NCBI GenBank assembly: GCA_012295275.1
Contig: CM022665.1
Coordinates: 33,852,001-33,916,000 of the forward strand
DNA from: Chrysomallon squamiferum
Lineage: Eukaryota > Animalia > Mollusca
Direction of reading: 5' to 3'
Length of the DNA: 64,000 bases
Shown here: positions 26,039 through 62,827 of the stretch, piece after piece
Position numbering within the stretch: position 1 is the first letter of the stretch
Layout: the number at the start of each line of letters is the position of its first letter
Translations under genes and position numbers: made by a program
Notes under the pieces: model-generated
Databases searched by the model: none
Told to the model about the DNA's origin: nothing
The model's input: the letters and a program-made list of their open reading frames with translations, nothing else

Positions 26039-26622
26039 CTCAATATCTTGCCCATGTCTCCGCCTATATACACTGGCAACAAATTAATAATTTCCATTTT
26101 CAGCCTTGTCCGATACCTTCCTTATTTAATCGTCTTAGAAATAAATTGGCTATCAACTTCTACGAGATCATCAAAGAAAGTCTGTCATTTATTATTATCA
26201 GACGCATATCGGTTTAAAACTGCCATCAAGGAAAGCGAATGAGTGACTCAAGTTGGCCAGTTTCGGTTAAAATTCATTTTGTTGTTGGCCATGCTTGAAA
26301 TTGATAAGGTTTTTACGCCACGAAGATGCAGGCGGTTCTTAGACAGGCTGGCGTTTCGTTAAATGGTCAGTTTATTAAATATATTTATGACTCAGATTAT
26401 GCCACAGTTTGGACATGATATTGAAAATAATGTGAACTAGACTATCGGTTTCTGATTTTTGTAATTCACTGACTAAGATGTAGTATTTATCACTGCAGTT
26501 CGTGTACAGTGGATAAAACGATAGTTCTGCCAATGAGAAAATGCATGGAAAAATCCTGGACATGATAACGTTACGGTGAATGGTTGTTAAAAAAAATAAA
26601 ATTAATAAATAAATAAATAAAA

Positions 26623-26625
<3 letters not shown>

Positions 26626-26670
<45 letters not shown>
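26626..26670. repeat. (AAT)n microsatellite
   Basis: Directly visible. Confidence 0.9.
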
Positions 26671-26671
<1 letters not shown>

Positions 26672-28644
26672 GCAAAATAAAACAAAAACAAAACAAACAA
26701 AAAAATCAAAAAGATAAACATGTCTGGAGTACTGACAATATTTTTCTAATTACAACGTAAAATGTTTTTCTGTTAAAGATTCTTACAACTTTATTTACTC
26801 TTCTTCTTTTATTAATTTATTTATTCATCTTTATTATTATTATTAATTTTATTTATTTTATTTGTTTTATATATATATATATATATATATAGTTCTTAGA
26901 TTTAAGCGGCACACAACGCAAGCGTAAATGCATTCATTATTCAATGCTATATTTAATTCCTCTATTCCTATATTTAGTTTTTTTCCTCTGAAACCATTAG
27001 CACCAATGGGTCTAATTTTAATCCAGAAGACAATTTTTGTTTATCCAGTGTCGTGGAAAGCGCTTTTTAGCCTGGGAAGATGAATATAAAAAGTCTGTAA
27101 GGGTAACCTATGCAGAGGTCCTATATATTTCTCGTTCTTATCATCATTATTTTTATATAATTATTTATATGAAACGTATGACTGTAATCTAATACGAATT
27201 AATATTAAAATGTTTTGAGATGTTGTTTAAAAATCATTCATTCATATAATTATCATATCAGGAATATTTGTGTATTTTTATAGTATTTTCACTATTTTCA
27301 GGTAAACCAATAACTGACGTATAACTTAGAGATGAAGAAATATTGTTTCTGTCTTATTATTTCACCCTGGTCGAAATTTCATGTTTGGGGATCATTTTTG
27401 TATTACTGTTCTTTGCTTTTGATTTTATACATAATTCGTTTTGTCTTATGTGCAAATAATATGGATTAACTCATTTATTAATTATTTTATTCTAATTTTT
27501 GAACATATAAAAATATTTTTAAAAATCTTAGGATTACGAGGAATAGTAATGAAGAAAAAGTAAACGAATTTTTTTAATGTATCTTGTTCTAATTAAATAA
27601 AGTTAGTAAAGAAATAGTAAATTCTTAGGAACCATTTTAAAAGTATAATTTATATATGTGAATTAACTCATTCAATCTTCATGCACCCATTTTCTTTTAT
27701 TCACCAGTTTTAGAAGCACTTTTCGGAGGAAATATTTTCAAACCTTCAACAAATAAATACAAATGTAATAAATGCAGATGTTCGTATTTATTTGAATATA
27801 AAGCATGTCATTAAAGAATAAATGAAAAGAAAGAGCACAGAACAAAAACGGACAGGAAAAGACGAAAATAAACAAAAATAATAATAAAATTAAAATATCA
27901 ATTAATTAATTAATAAGAAGATGAAAAAAGAAGACGAAAGACCAAGAAAACAACAACGAAAGAGAAAAAGACATACAAGGAAAAAAAAGAAAGTAAAAAC
28001 ACAAGAAAGATAAATAATAATAATAATACAAAATATAAGTAAAAAAAAAAATTAAATTTATTTAATTAAATAATAATAACTAAGAAGAAGAAGAGAGAAG
28101 AAAAACAAAACAAACAACAATGAGAGAAAGAAAAAAGAAAGGAAAAAGGTTACTGAAATCAGATTTAAAGCAGTAGAAAAGAACGTTCACCTAAACCAGT
28201 ATTGGTGATACCTCTGTGACAAAGTGAATCACATTCACAAGCGGTTAGCATTAACTCACTTTATTAAAACACTTTCATGCTTCTTACTCGAGTCAGTATC
28301 TACGAAAATCTAATAATTAATCTCATCTCGCCATAACAAAAATAGCGTTGGCGTAACAAGATTTTGTCGTAAATGAGTCCAACCGAATGACAGGTGAAAA
28401 TAAAATCAGTCACATGACGTAGTTTTTCACTACTGAGTGATCAAATGCACGTTCGAAGATTAAAGTACTTTTCTTCTTCTTTTAAAAAGTAAAATAAAAT
28501 AAATGGTAATAGTATTCTGAATAACTGAAATTCAATTATCCTATTTGAATACATATAAATTAATACCATAAGGATTTATAATTTTCTTAAAATTTTCATT
28601 TATTTGCTTAAGAACATATTATTTAATTTTATTTCATATATATA

Positions 28645-29907
28645 GGGTAAGGTGGAGTAATTCTGTTCCCCTTTTCCATTCAACCTCATCTACAGCTTCA
28701 CAGACAAAAGGAAACAACAAAATGGAGTGAATAATGTGTAGTATATGTATTTCTGCTTCAGTATGTACAAACTATATACGTAGTGCTTATACTTTTGAAA
28801 TGGGAACAGGGTTAAAAATTGTTGTCAGGGGCCAGATTTGCCCCATCAATTCATTTTGTATTTTTGTCCTCAAATTTGTTGTACTGATTATTGCTATGTA
28901 ATCATTGTCTACTGCTAATAACAATTTGTCCTAACCATAATACAAGACAGATTCAAAACTTCAATAAACTAAACTCCTTGACAAATATCACACAAGAATA
29001 TAATATTTTTAAAGTCCGCACCAGCTGGGATTTTGAGGTTTGAAGAAAAGGATCAAGACAATACCAATGTGGGCACAAATCACATCCTTTGAACTCATCA
29101 GAATTCATGTCATCATCAACTCTGCCACAGAGTTCACATTTTTCTTGTGTATCTACTACATCTCTGTCTTCTAGTTCAGGCTCGTCACCACCAACGTAGT
29201 TCTGCTGTAACATTCAAACTGAGTTTTTCCTTTGGTATCTTCTGTTTTTTAGTTTTTATGTTGCTTTTTTTTTTTTTTTTTTTTTTACCTCTCTCACCTT
29301 TGCTCTCTCTGCCTTTTCTTCCTCATTCCTCTTCTTCTGTGCCACTTTGTTCTTCTGTCAATGCCTCGGCATACCTCATCCTCTTGATTTTATTTGAAAT
29401 TTGACGACGTGCCCCACCAGATAGACCATGGACTTTCAACTGATTCAAAAAACTTAAATAAAACTCAGAATGGACTATAGCAATACCAAAACTATTGATT
29501 TCACCAGCACATATGGGGGCCAGAATTGCTCCAAGTGGTGGAATAAAATAAAACACACACACTCCTTGCCTAATTACCACATATTAATCAAGTTACTTCT
29601 GCTGAACTTAATAACTGATTTTATGTTTTACCTGTTTAAAGTTACCACTAATCTTATGTCTATAGAACTAAAAAAAAAAACCAGTCACTTTTGAAAGCTT
29701 AAAATGTACTTTTTTTAAAACCTTGTTGTTTTCACTACTTTCATGGCCACAATACTCCACGTCTAAATGGCTGATTACCTACATCCTTTGTTCTAATGAG
29801 AGATAGGAAGGTTCTATTTATATCAACAAAGTTCCAGAAGCCTGGGCAGAACAGTATAGTTGCTGTCATAACATACCTTGGGGGCCAGAATTACCCCAAC
29901 CTTACCC
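28645..29907 (-). mobile_element. Non-autonomous (internally deleted) pogo-like Tc1/mariner DNA transposon
   Basis: Imperfect ~27-bp TIRs: GGGTAAGGTGGAGTAATTCTGTTCCCC versus reverse complement GGGTAAGGTTGGGGTAATTCTGGCCCC, each flanked by TA(TA). Internal TIR-like motifs occur at ~28828 and ~29515. Minus-strand remnants include AEALTEE, a Lys run and a PHD-like CELCG..GCDLCPHWY. No DDE core is seen. Confidence 0.75.
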
Positions 29908-32900
29908 TATATATTAATTAATATGTATATGCAAATAATGAACGTAATTTTGTGATTGGTATTTTGCACTATGAAGTTTCATCCTGGTATCGGAATCTTT
30001 TTTATGCTTATTTACAGCAAAACATTTGAACATTTTGAGTTTTTATTGTTGTGTGGTATATGCCGGTTGTTCGCAGTTAATGTAATCAAACCTAAGTAGC
30101 CTAATAATTCAGTAAAGTTTTGAATTATTAATATATATAAATAAATGTTTATTGTCCAACAAGTATTGTTAATAATAATAAATAAATAAATAAAAGGGAA
30201 TTAAGTACTATGATGGGATTTTACATTTTTATTATTTGTTTAAATCATGCTAAAAAATCATTTAAACATCAAACTGCAGAGCAAAATATATAATTTCGCT
30301 GATAATTGTTTTCTTTCACTAAGATTCAAAATTCCTTTTTCTTTTTTTCTTTTGATTATATTTGTCAAGAAGCAGGATGTAATTGAGGTTGAGTGGCCGT
30401 TCGTGGCGCTTGGATCTATAAAACTACTTCCCACCAGCACTCCAAAACTACTGTGAACAAAGACAATGATAAATAAATACTATCGTATCTGTGGAATAGT
30501 TCGAGTGTGGGAAAAAACAACCCAAAAATCAACCTTTTTGCTGATTGGTTTCTGCTCGTTACATCAGAATAGTCCATAACCATATTTTCGGCTAAGTCAT
30601 TAAGATATGCGTATAATTTTTCATTAAATTAAACATTTCTTTTTCGAACAAGTCCAAACAGAATTTCTACCCATATTAACTACAAGGAAGGTGTAATTGT
30701 ATAAAACTAATAGGAACAAATTAATGCTGTATGCAACATAAACAAGTAATCTAAAGGAACACATTCAACATGTGAGATTTAAAATTACGTGATCAAATTA
30801 ATTATATTTTAGGTTTCTGGCAGGTGAAAATTATTGGAATGGACCTCCAGCCATACACGTTTTGGATGTTTTTCGTCCCAGTCTCCCAAATCCATGAATG
30901 TTTTTTTTTTTATCTCCTATTTTATAGAAAGTAAAGTGAAAATGAACGTAAAATTAAAAATAAATAAATAATTTTGTAACGGAGAAATAGATTTGGTTAT
31001 GCACACACTACTCAAAACCAAGATTATTTTAATTCGCCCTGAACTAGTTAGTGGCTTTGTGGATCTGTTCATAACGTCATGATTCATCCATACTTTACTG
31101 ATATAGTCTAGGTGTCTGTGATAGGCAATATAATTTAAATATTATGAAAACAAAATAGAAGACAGAAGATGTTTTAAATTTTATTTCAAAGTAAAGGCTT
31201 TATTTGGTTAACTAAATTAGCAGAGACATGATATAAAGAGTTTAGTTATTTATTAAGCAGATGTTAACAGTAGCCGGGCAGCAGCTCACAAATAACAAAA
31301 GAAAATCTATTATAAAAAGTCCATAATACAGCATCACACATGGACTATGTGTTTTTGATTTCAACATATCTAGAGTAATATCATAAGAAAGGTATCAACA
31401 AGAATTAGAAAAAAATAATAATAAAGGAAACAAATATATAATAATAATATTAATAAAACTTTCTAAATTACTACAGTAAACAACTTTAGAACTTATTTTT
31501 AACTTTTATTATTTTTTATTTGTTAAAGTACCAAATAGCTAGAGGTTAAAAACTTACCCAAGCAATGAATAGAAAAAAGTAAAAAGAAAAAATTAAAAAT
31601 TAAAAAAGAGAGAAAAACTTCCCGGCTTATATTATTACATTCATCTGATACCATATCAAATATGTTATTTGATGTTTAATAGTTGTTTCACTAAATTGCC
31701 AATATATAATGTTTTGCAACTTGTGATGCTTGTAAGATGACATTAACATAATTAATTAGTTTGTAACAAGTGATACTCACTACTGATTGGTTAGATCAAA
31801 GATACAGAGCATTAATTACTATACTGAATATTAATTGGTTATGTTGATTTATAGTAACTAGGAATACACAAAATCATATGAAAGGAAGCAATGGCAGTTT
31901 CTCTGCTTTTCTAGACTATACAAAATACATACATTTGTAAAACCTTATATTTCATTACATTATTACCATTTTAATATAAAATACATATTTTTAAATACAA
32001 TTTTTTTTTTTTTTGTTTTTTTTGTTTTTTGTTTTGTTTTGTTTTTTAATTTTTTTTTTTTTAATAATGTTATTACCATTTTAATATAAAATACTAATGC
32101 TTTTAATACATACATTCTTCTTTTTTTTCTCTTAAATAAACCATACTACCTTCTAAGCATTAAAAATTAATGCAAGTTCACAAGTATTTTTTTTTTTTAA
32201 ATCACAAAAAAACACCAAAAAAAACCACACCACACACCCTCAAACCTGAAAATCAACACATTTTTGAAGCATTAGACAGAAAAAAAATATCTGCCTGCAG
32301 TAAAGATGACTTCTGTTTTCTAAATGTGCATCATCTCTCCATTATGTTATCAGACACATCATACCAGGCAAATGCTGTGTCGGATAACATAAGAACTTAA
32401 CAAAGCTACCTAATTCAGAATTACATTCATTTCTGATATGTAGGGAGCAATTTGGAGCACTTACAGAGGGCTTTTTTTTTCTCTTTATGTATTTTATTTT
32501 ATTTTTTTTATTATTATTTTTTTTTTTTTTTGGGGGGTACTTGTTCAGTGTAATGGTATAAAAATATTTTATGCTCACCATTTACAAAAAAATGTTGCAT
32601 TTTTAAAAATTATTTGTCAAAAAATACAAAAACATTGTACAAAAAACACAGCACACTACAAGTCTTAAGAATATCAAACAGTATGACAATGAGGGTAAAA
32701 AAAAATAATAAAATAAAATAAAATTACATAAAAATAAAAATCATGTTACTATTTGAATGGATTAAATTCTTAGCAGCTGCCTTGATTTTCATTTCTGTAT
32801 GCATAAATGACAAGTTAACTTCAAACAGCACAGTGTAAATGATGGTGTATTTTGATAATCTGCAACTCTTTTTTTTCTAAAAAATAATTTAAAAAATAAA

Positions 32901-34221
32901 AATATAATAAAGAAAAGAGAAAGCCACAAACATAAGTGAACACTCACAATTACCATCCAGTGGATACAAAGATAAAAAAAATGAAAAATCTAGAAAACAC
33001 AGGTTTTGTCAAACAAAGCAATCAAAAGGCTGTCTGTCCTGCAGCTACTGAAAAAATTAAACAAACAATAAGAAAGAAAGAAGAAAAGGTGGGCCATGGA
33101 CTAACTAAAATAAATAAAAAAAGAAGAACATATTCCAAGTATTTCAGCAAAATGAATCCAAAATCAATCAATTAAATAAATAATCATTACTAGACACAGC
33201 TGTAGTAACAAGATCAAGCGATAACATTATTACAACATCCCCACAACATAACAAACTAGACCAAACTGCCTATATTATAATAACTGTATACCAGCTGAAA
33301 CCAAAACCCATACTCATACAACAAACTTTTTACTGTCAAATTATCTCCAACATCATAGATGCACATTATGTAAATATTTTCTATTTACGATTCTGATTAT
33401 TATTTTTAAAATTTAACATTAATAGCATTTTAACTGCATAATTTGAAACTACATTTGAAACAAATAAACAAGATTTTCCAAAGCCTATTATCAATCTTTG
33501 TCCATAATAATAATATATTATAAAAAATGAAGTAAAGTGGTAAATTGAATATTTCAAAAATCTAGCCCACCATTTATCCATGATCTTGAAAACCTAACTG
33601 AAATCTTATCTTGTTAGCAAAACAAAGTTCATCGGCCAAGTTGTTGCAAAGCAAAAGAAATATTGGAAAAGAAAAATTTATTAGAATTTCACACAGACAT
33701 ATTTTAAATTTTCATTTCAATATATGTAACAGCACATTTGGTTTACTTTTATGTTTTTTTAAATTTTGACATAAAAACGAAAAAAAAAATACAAAATACT
33801 TCCAAACATTCTCATAAATGCTTATTATAGCATCTAAATATATAAATGTTGAGCTTATTACAAAGCATTAAATAGTTTAATTTATTTTCAAGGAAAAGAT
33901 AACATCAGCTCAGTAGATCATGTCCAAAGAGCACCAAACATCTATTGGGATATAACGACTCTTCATGTCTAGACTACTCTTATTTCAACAACACAGTGAA
34001 TGGTATAGATTTTAATGCAAGGCAGTTTCTAGTTTAAATACACTGCTTTAGAAGGAGAAATAGTAAATTCATTACCTTTATATATGTATTTAAAAAAAAA
34101 AAAATTAATTTTTAAAAATTTATGTCAGACTCCTTCCATTTGAGACAATCCCATAAACATGAAGGTCAAATTGTAATCATCTATGATGCACTAGTTAGAG
34201 TAGATTCCTCTTTACATTCAT

Positions 34222-56185
<21,964 letters not shown>

Positions 56186-59100
56186 TTAAATTCACACATT
56201 TAAACAAATTAATTATTCAAATGTACTCCTCACTTAAATTATTCAAATATATTCAAGTTCTGTCAGCAAGCAATAAGCTGCCCCTTACCAATATTTCAAG
56301 GATACTCTACTCGTAGTGAGTTTTATATATATATATATAAAACATCTTTAAATATTGTTTTTGTGTTACCTTTGCACCATTCTTAGTATATTATTTAATT
56401 GTTTATACAATAGTACGCTATATGAGTAGAGGAAATCAGCTCTAATATATATTACTTAGATTTGGATTATGTAAACAAAGGTAATGGTTTTCATTTATTT
56501 TGGATAAAGAAAATGTCTAAAGAAAATTTCAAACTGGAATTTGCACAACTCATACATTACAGAACACAGAAATACAATCTGGATGTTAAAGAGGCATGTT
56601 TTTAAATGAATAATGTCTGCAGATTTCTATTTGTATATACAAATATGTTGACTGAAACTTTTTTATACTGCACAATGGCTTTGGTGTATATTGTTAATGA
56701 CATTATTTCAACAAATATTTTCTATAATTTACCTTTTCCATTAAATTTATGATATGTTAAACTTAAATGTATTTAACTACATACACTTTCACTTTGGCTT
56801 TGTGAACTTATACAATACCAAATATGTGGCTCCAAAACAGTTCAAAAGAGGTCAAATTACATCTCTGTCTTTGAACTTTAGGATTGTTGATGGAATATCC
56901 AGTATAGTTAAATTGTTTATGCCATCAATTGTTTTACAGGAATAGATTATTTTTGGTATAATAAACAAAGAATTTTTGTGTCTTTATCTGGGGGGTTTTG
57001 TTGATAATTTACTGTGTGTTTATGAATTCATTTACTGAATAGTTTTAATTCAACTAGAAAAACAGGATTACAGGGATTTTTTTTTACATTTTGTTTATTA
57101 TTATTGCTGTTTTTATTTTAATAAAATGATGATTTGATGTTGCTTTTGTTTCTAACAAGATTTACGGAGAAATTGTTGTATAAAAACAATATATTATGAA
57201 AGAAAACATATCCCCAACAGTGTTCATACAGCTTTCAGTAACTTTTATCATCAAAGATGGTTACAAGCAGGTTACAAGCAGGTTTAATAAATTACGTGCT
57301 ATTATTATGTGCTATCTAAGAAATCAGAGATGGAGAAAATATCTGTTTTCCATCTTCTTTAACCTCATTTTGTTTATTTTGGAATAAAACAAAGATATCA
57401 AGATTTCAGTGAACTAAGATTTGTTTATCTGTCAGTCAAAAGATAATTTGCAGCTTAGCAGGAAGTGTTAAACTGCGTAAGAGTATAACCTTGGGAATAA
57501 AACATTTACTCTCTTGTAAAACAACATTAATACTTTTAGCAAATTCTGTTACAAGTACTAAATCACTACCCATAACTAGTAAATACAACTTGAAAAAGCA
57601 GATGCAAAAACTTCCTTATTTTTAACAAAAACAAACAAACAATGACAAGGAAGTTCTTGTGTTTTAATTTTTCTGTCTGTAATTTAATTTAGAACAGTGT
57701 TTATTAAAAAAAAGAAAAAAAGAAGAGATATTGGAGCACTTTGGCTCAGTGTTACTGAACATACTTTACATATCGTGTGTCAAATGATCAAATTTCGATA
57801 ATGCTTGCTTTGGGCCAAATGCATTTTCGAGCAGGTTATGACAGGTTTATCAAAGGTATCATAAAGATTTCATGCTGTTGACCAGTAAAATTAGTCCATA
57901 GAATAGTGGGTTTCCTCTTTCATACCATGACATAAAAAACATGATATGACATCTAATACCCATAAATGTATTCAGATATTGTTAAACATTCATATTTAGG
58001 AAATTACACCCACACCCACGAAAGCTAATTAAATTATTTTCCTTTTTCTTTTTTCTTTTGTATTTTTGGTTTGCTGTATGACGTATTTTTGTTGTTTTAG
58101 AGAGAGAGAGAGAGAGAGAAACTGTTTTATTATTTTTTACAAGATGAGGTTTGTAAAATGGGAATGGAAGGCAAAAATAAATACCTTATTTGATTAATAA
58201 TTAATGTATTTTTGACCCCAAAAACTCAAAACACAAACTGAACAATCAGTTGGAACTGCCAGAAAATAACAAAACTGTCATTAATATGTATTGTTTCAGG
58301 AATCATTGCCACCAACATTTTTCACTGTAACTGTAATGGAGTTGTTTTCTGAAACAATACATTTTAATGATAACATTTTATTTTTTCTGGCACATAAAGC
58401 ACAGAAGCTGTATATAAAACAATCCATTACACTTACAAAATCCATATATGTATGTTCTTTAACTGCTAAATTATGTAAGCAAAACCTGTTTAGCATTTAA
58501 ATGCCGACTTAAACCAACTTTTTCCATTATTTCAAAATTTATTTTGATGTGAAATTTTCAAATATGAGCACAGATAACATCCCTACAACAACAGAAATTT
58601 CTATAAAAGCAAAAACTATTTTCATGAGTTGTCACAACAGTGATGTGCAGAATGTTTTCTTTTTTCTTTATACTGTTAGCTATGACATGGCCAATAGTAA
58701 AAATATATGCATACACATTTCACATGAAGAACCATAACTCATTCAGTAAGCTTGATTATAAAAATGATATTATACCACTAAATAAAATAGCTTTGTTAGT
58801 AACAGTGGGACTTTGATATCACATACTTAACTGTATGTATGCAGTAATAGCTATTTTTATAACAGATGTTTTTGCTGTTACTTGGACACTATTTACATAT
58901 TCACCACACAAGGAGTGGGTACAATTGTTACATATTGCCACAATTGATATTTGGTACTTCATCCCTGTTAAAATGTCTTAATATTTTAAGCATTTGGACA
59001 TTTATTATTATTATTATTATCATCTTAAAAATTTAAATAACTTCCTACATATGTGCTTAATCTGATTCTGTACTCTGAATTATAAACATGCTTCAAAGTC

Positions 59101-62100
59101 ATTTTATAAATAGTATTAAATAATGGAAGAAAAATATGTATTTGAATATGTAAATAATACAACAATAATATAGAAGAGAAAAATGTAGTTATAGTTAACT
59201 ACTTCCCATGTCAAACAGAAATGGTTTATTGAAGGCTGTGGTATATAGCTGGTCTACAAGAAGTATAACAAACTGATATGTTTGATACCAATTCAAATAA
59301 TCATTAATAACAAAAAAATGTCCTCGTTATACAGCTACTTTATAAATTTTATAGCTCAAATTATTTTCAGTAAACAACACCTAATAAATAGCTGTCTATA
59401 TTTATATTTGAAATACAACATTAACTGTTGAACAGGATTCACTGATGTGACAGAAAGGAAACACTGTAATAGTATGCAGCATCCTTGTTTCACCATCATT
59501 AAAATTATCAGTTTCCGTAGGTCATTTGCAATGCAATATAAAATAAACATATGTTAAATATATATAGATTTTTTATTATCTGCACATATGCTTTTCTAAC
59601 TTGTGTATTGGAAAGGCATGTTTGAAATTCTAGATTCAGGCCATGCAAAATTAAGTTAAAAAATATATTAACAGCCTAAATTACACTACTTTCAAATGAT
59701 AGTTCTGTCACATTTATTTAAACATGAAATGTTGGGTGAAGGTAAAAGTTGATTTGACTGTCTTTCTTCTTTTTTTTTAATATTAAATTATTTGGGTGGT
59801 TCCCATCCCCCACCTTTAAAAAATAAAATGTGCAGCATCTTTATATTATTTCTTAAGTTTTGACATTATGAATATAATTTAAAATTAATTTAAATGAAAG
59901 AAAAAATAGAAAATTTTAAAATTATAAAAGTTAAGTAAATCAATCAAGTAAAAGCATCTAACCATTGATTAAATGCTGTTCCTTGCATTGTTGCAGGTGT
60001 AGGAGCACTTTGGAGAATTTCACATGCAAACACCTGTCTGTTAATTTCAAGTCTTCCATTCTGTGAATTTTCTAACACTGCAGCTGGCTTGTGAATCTGA
60101 GTAAAAAATGTGCAGCCTTTCTAAAAACATTATCACACATGTATAATGTGTTTTAGTTATTTTATCAATCTCTTTAAAGTTTTTATCACATATTTAAGTG
60201 AGAAAGACAGAATTTGATATTTAATAAAATATTAATCAGATTTTAATGGAACCTCATTAGTAACTGGTGACTGATATTTATTAACAGTAAAGTGTATCAA
60301 AGTAACAAGCTTGTGAAGATACACAAAAGCTACCTTTACTTTCTTTTTGTTCATGCAATGAAATGTAAATCATTAAATAAGAAGTTTATTACAATAAGTA
60401 AAATCAGTGAGATCTACTGGCACAACCAAAGATTACTTTCAACATTCAGTATATTTACTGGTTAGTGATACTAAAGCTGGTAAAGCTGTTGCCATACAGA
60501 ACATTAGATTAGGTTTAATCTATTAAGTTTAAATAAAATCATCATTGTTTTTTTTGTTGTTTTTTTTTCTTTGTTTGATTTTTATGGGGTTTTTCCTTAA
60601 TGAAGAAAAATACAAAAAGAAGGACCAAAATAAAAAAATAAAAAATTAATTATCAGTTTATTTAATACTTCATACTCATAGCTTCTTAACCATCTCACAT
60701 ATATTTAACAAGAGCATCATTAAACTTAGGATGTGTCATATACATATGTTACTGTGTATAATAAACACATTTGCTGTAATCTTTTACACAAAGGTGTTTG
60801 ACACAAAGAAATATTTCTTAAAATATCCACACCGTTACACTTTACAGGTATCACTAATGGATAAAAAGTAAATTGTATCAGCTATACAGGTATTACTACC
60901 TTTTAAGGTAAAATAATCTATAGTAGTTTTACATTTAACTGTCAACTGCCACTATATTCTAAAAAGTTTGGCTTTTGACATATAAATTATTGGGTTTGGC
61001 CAGGCTATAATAATGTGCTTAGAGGATTTTCCCTTTTATGGTCAGGCTAAAGTCTATTTTGCAGTGAATGACAGGTGTTATAGGTTAACCCATGAATATA
61101 TAGGTATGGGTACTGGAGCATGACAGACAGCTATGAAAAGTATGTCTGAAGCTTGCTGACACACAACAGATACATTTGTCATGTTATTAATTTATTACAT
61201 TCAACAGATAATAAACTTTTAGAAATTAATAATAATCAGAACCAAAGAAATACAGTAGACTATACTTTATAGCAGTATAGATACAAATGCAAATTTGTTA
61301 TCTGTTAACAAGGTAATACAAATTAAACTGTAAAAAGTAAGAAATCCATACTGGTTTAATATTTAAACTTCAGTGGTCTGCAATATGCACAATTTCAGAT
61401 AAAGTTTTTACACACACACACACACGCATGCACACCTGAAAAAACTGCAGTATGATTAGTAATTTTGGTTTAATATCACTAAGTAAATTTTGTTTCTTTA
61501 ACTAGCAATAGTTATTATTCTAGAAATTTAAAAACCAATTACCTACATGTTGCATTGAAAGACATTAAAACCCACACCAACAAAACTCATTTATAAATGC
61601 TTGTTTTTTGTTTTGTTTGAAGAGAATTCAAAAACATATGCAGTGTAATAGTGAGTTATTAATAACAGTGATTAAAACATTCACAAAACACTTTATGAAG
61701 TATAGCTAAAGACTTAAGTCTTTAAGATGTGCAGTTGTGGAATATTTTCATAATACAGTGCTTGTGATTAATATTAATTTCTAAACAGTCATTGGTCATA
61801 CTGTGTCATATCAAGAAAATATTCTAAGAATTGGTGATTGTTTTTGTTGTTTTTTTAAACACAAAATTGTCTGCAGAAACTTGGTACTATTGCTTGGAAT
61901 GTTGATTAATACTTAAAATAATGACTTTTCCATTTAGTCAGTGTAATCAAAAACACTATTTCACACCATCATTGGCAGGCTTTTTATATGAAAGAAGATA
62001 TACAACTATACTTGAAGTTGTGTGGATACATTTTAGGTTGTAAACTGTAACAGTTTTTAAAACTGAGCCCAGAAACAGAACAATATTATTTTATATTACA

Positions 62101-62827
62101 ATGATATATGTCCTTTTCAATAGGAGACAAAAATAGTAATGTGATATTTAGATCAGTTCACACCCTGGATGTGATAAAATAATTACCATGCTGAAGTGAA
62201 ACTCTGTTTTTAGCATCTCACTGAGACTAAGAGACAATTAAGCAGCTTAAATGTAGCTTCCTCAAAAGTGATCCTTGACAGATAAGACAAAGACAAACCA
62301 ATTCTGACAAATGAAAGACCTATGAGATACTGTCAGGAATTAATTCCACATTTGCAAACTAAAAAAAAAAAAAATGTCATATCTTTATGTACTGACATTA
62401 AGAGTATTAAATATTAAAAAATTCATAATTTGTAATGTGAAAATAAGCGAATCTTTAAGGACATCACAACACACTTGAACTTTTTTTTTGTCTTTTGCAT
62501 TTGAAATATGAATTTAATATTTGTTCAATATATGGGCCTGCTGTCAAGAACAAGGGATATTGTTAATCTATGAAGTTAAATTAAAAGATTTTTTTTATTT
62601 CATATTTTTGTTAAAAGTGCTTGCAAAAAACAAAAACAAAGCACAAATAAAAATAAATCTGGCATCAGAAAATAAAAATGATTTCTGCCATCATACTTCA
62701 AAAACATTAAAATATTTTTAAAACAAAACCAACAAAATGCAATCATTTAGAAACAAATGTTCACCAGCCATATTAACTGTATGCATTAGATTCCATAAAA
62801 TGTAATACCAATATAAATTATATATTT

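Noticed and set aside
27040-30890. Exon-like GC-richer patches at ~27050, ~30370-30455 and ~30812-30897
   Set aside because: No recognisable protein similarity and no consistent chain of splice phases could be built.
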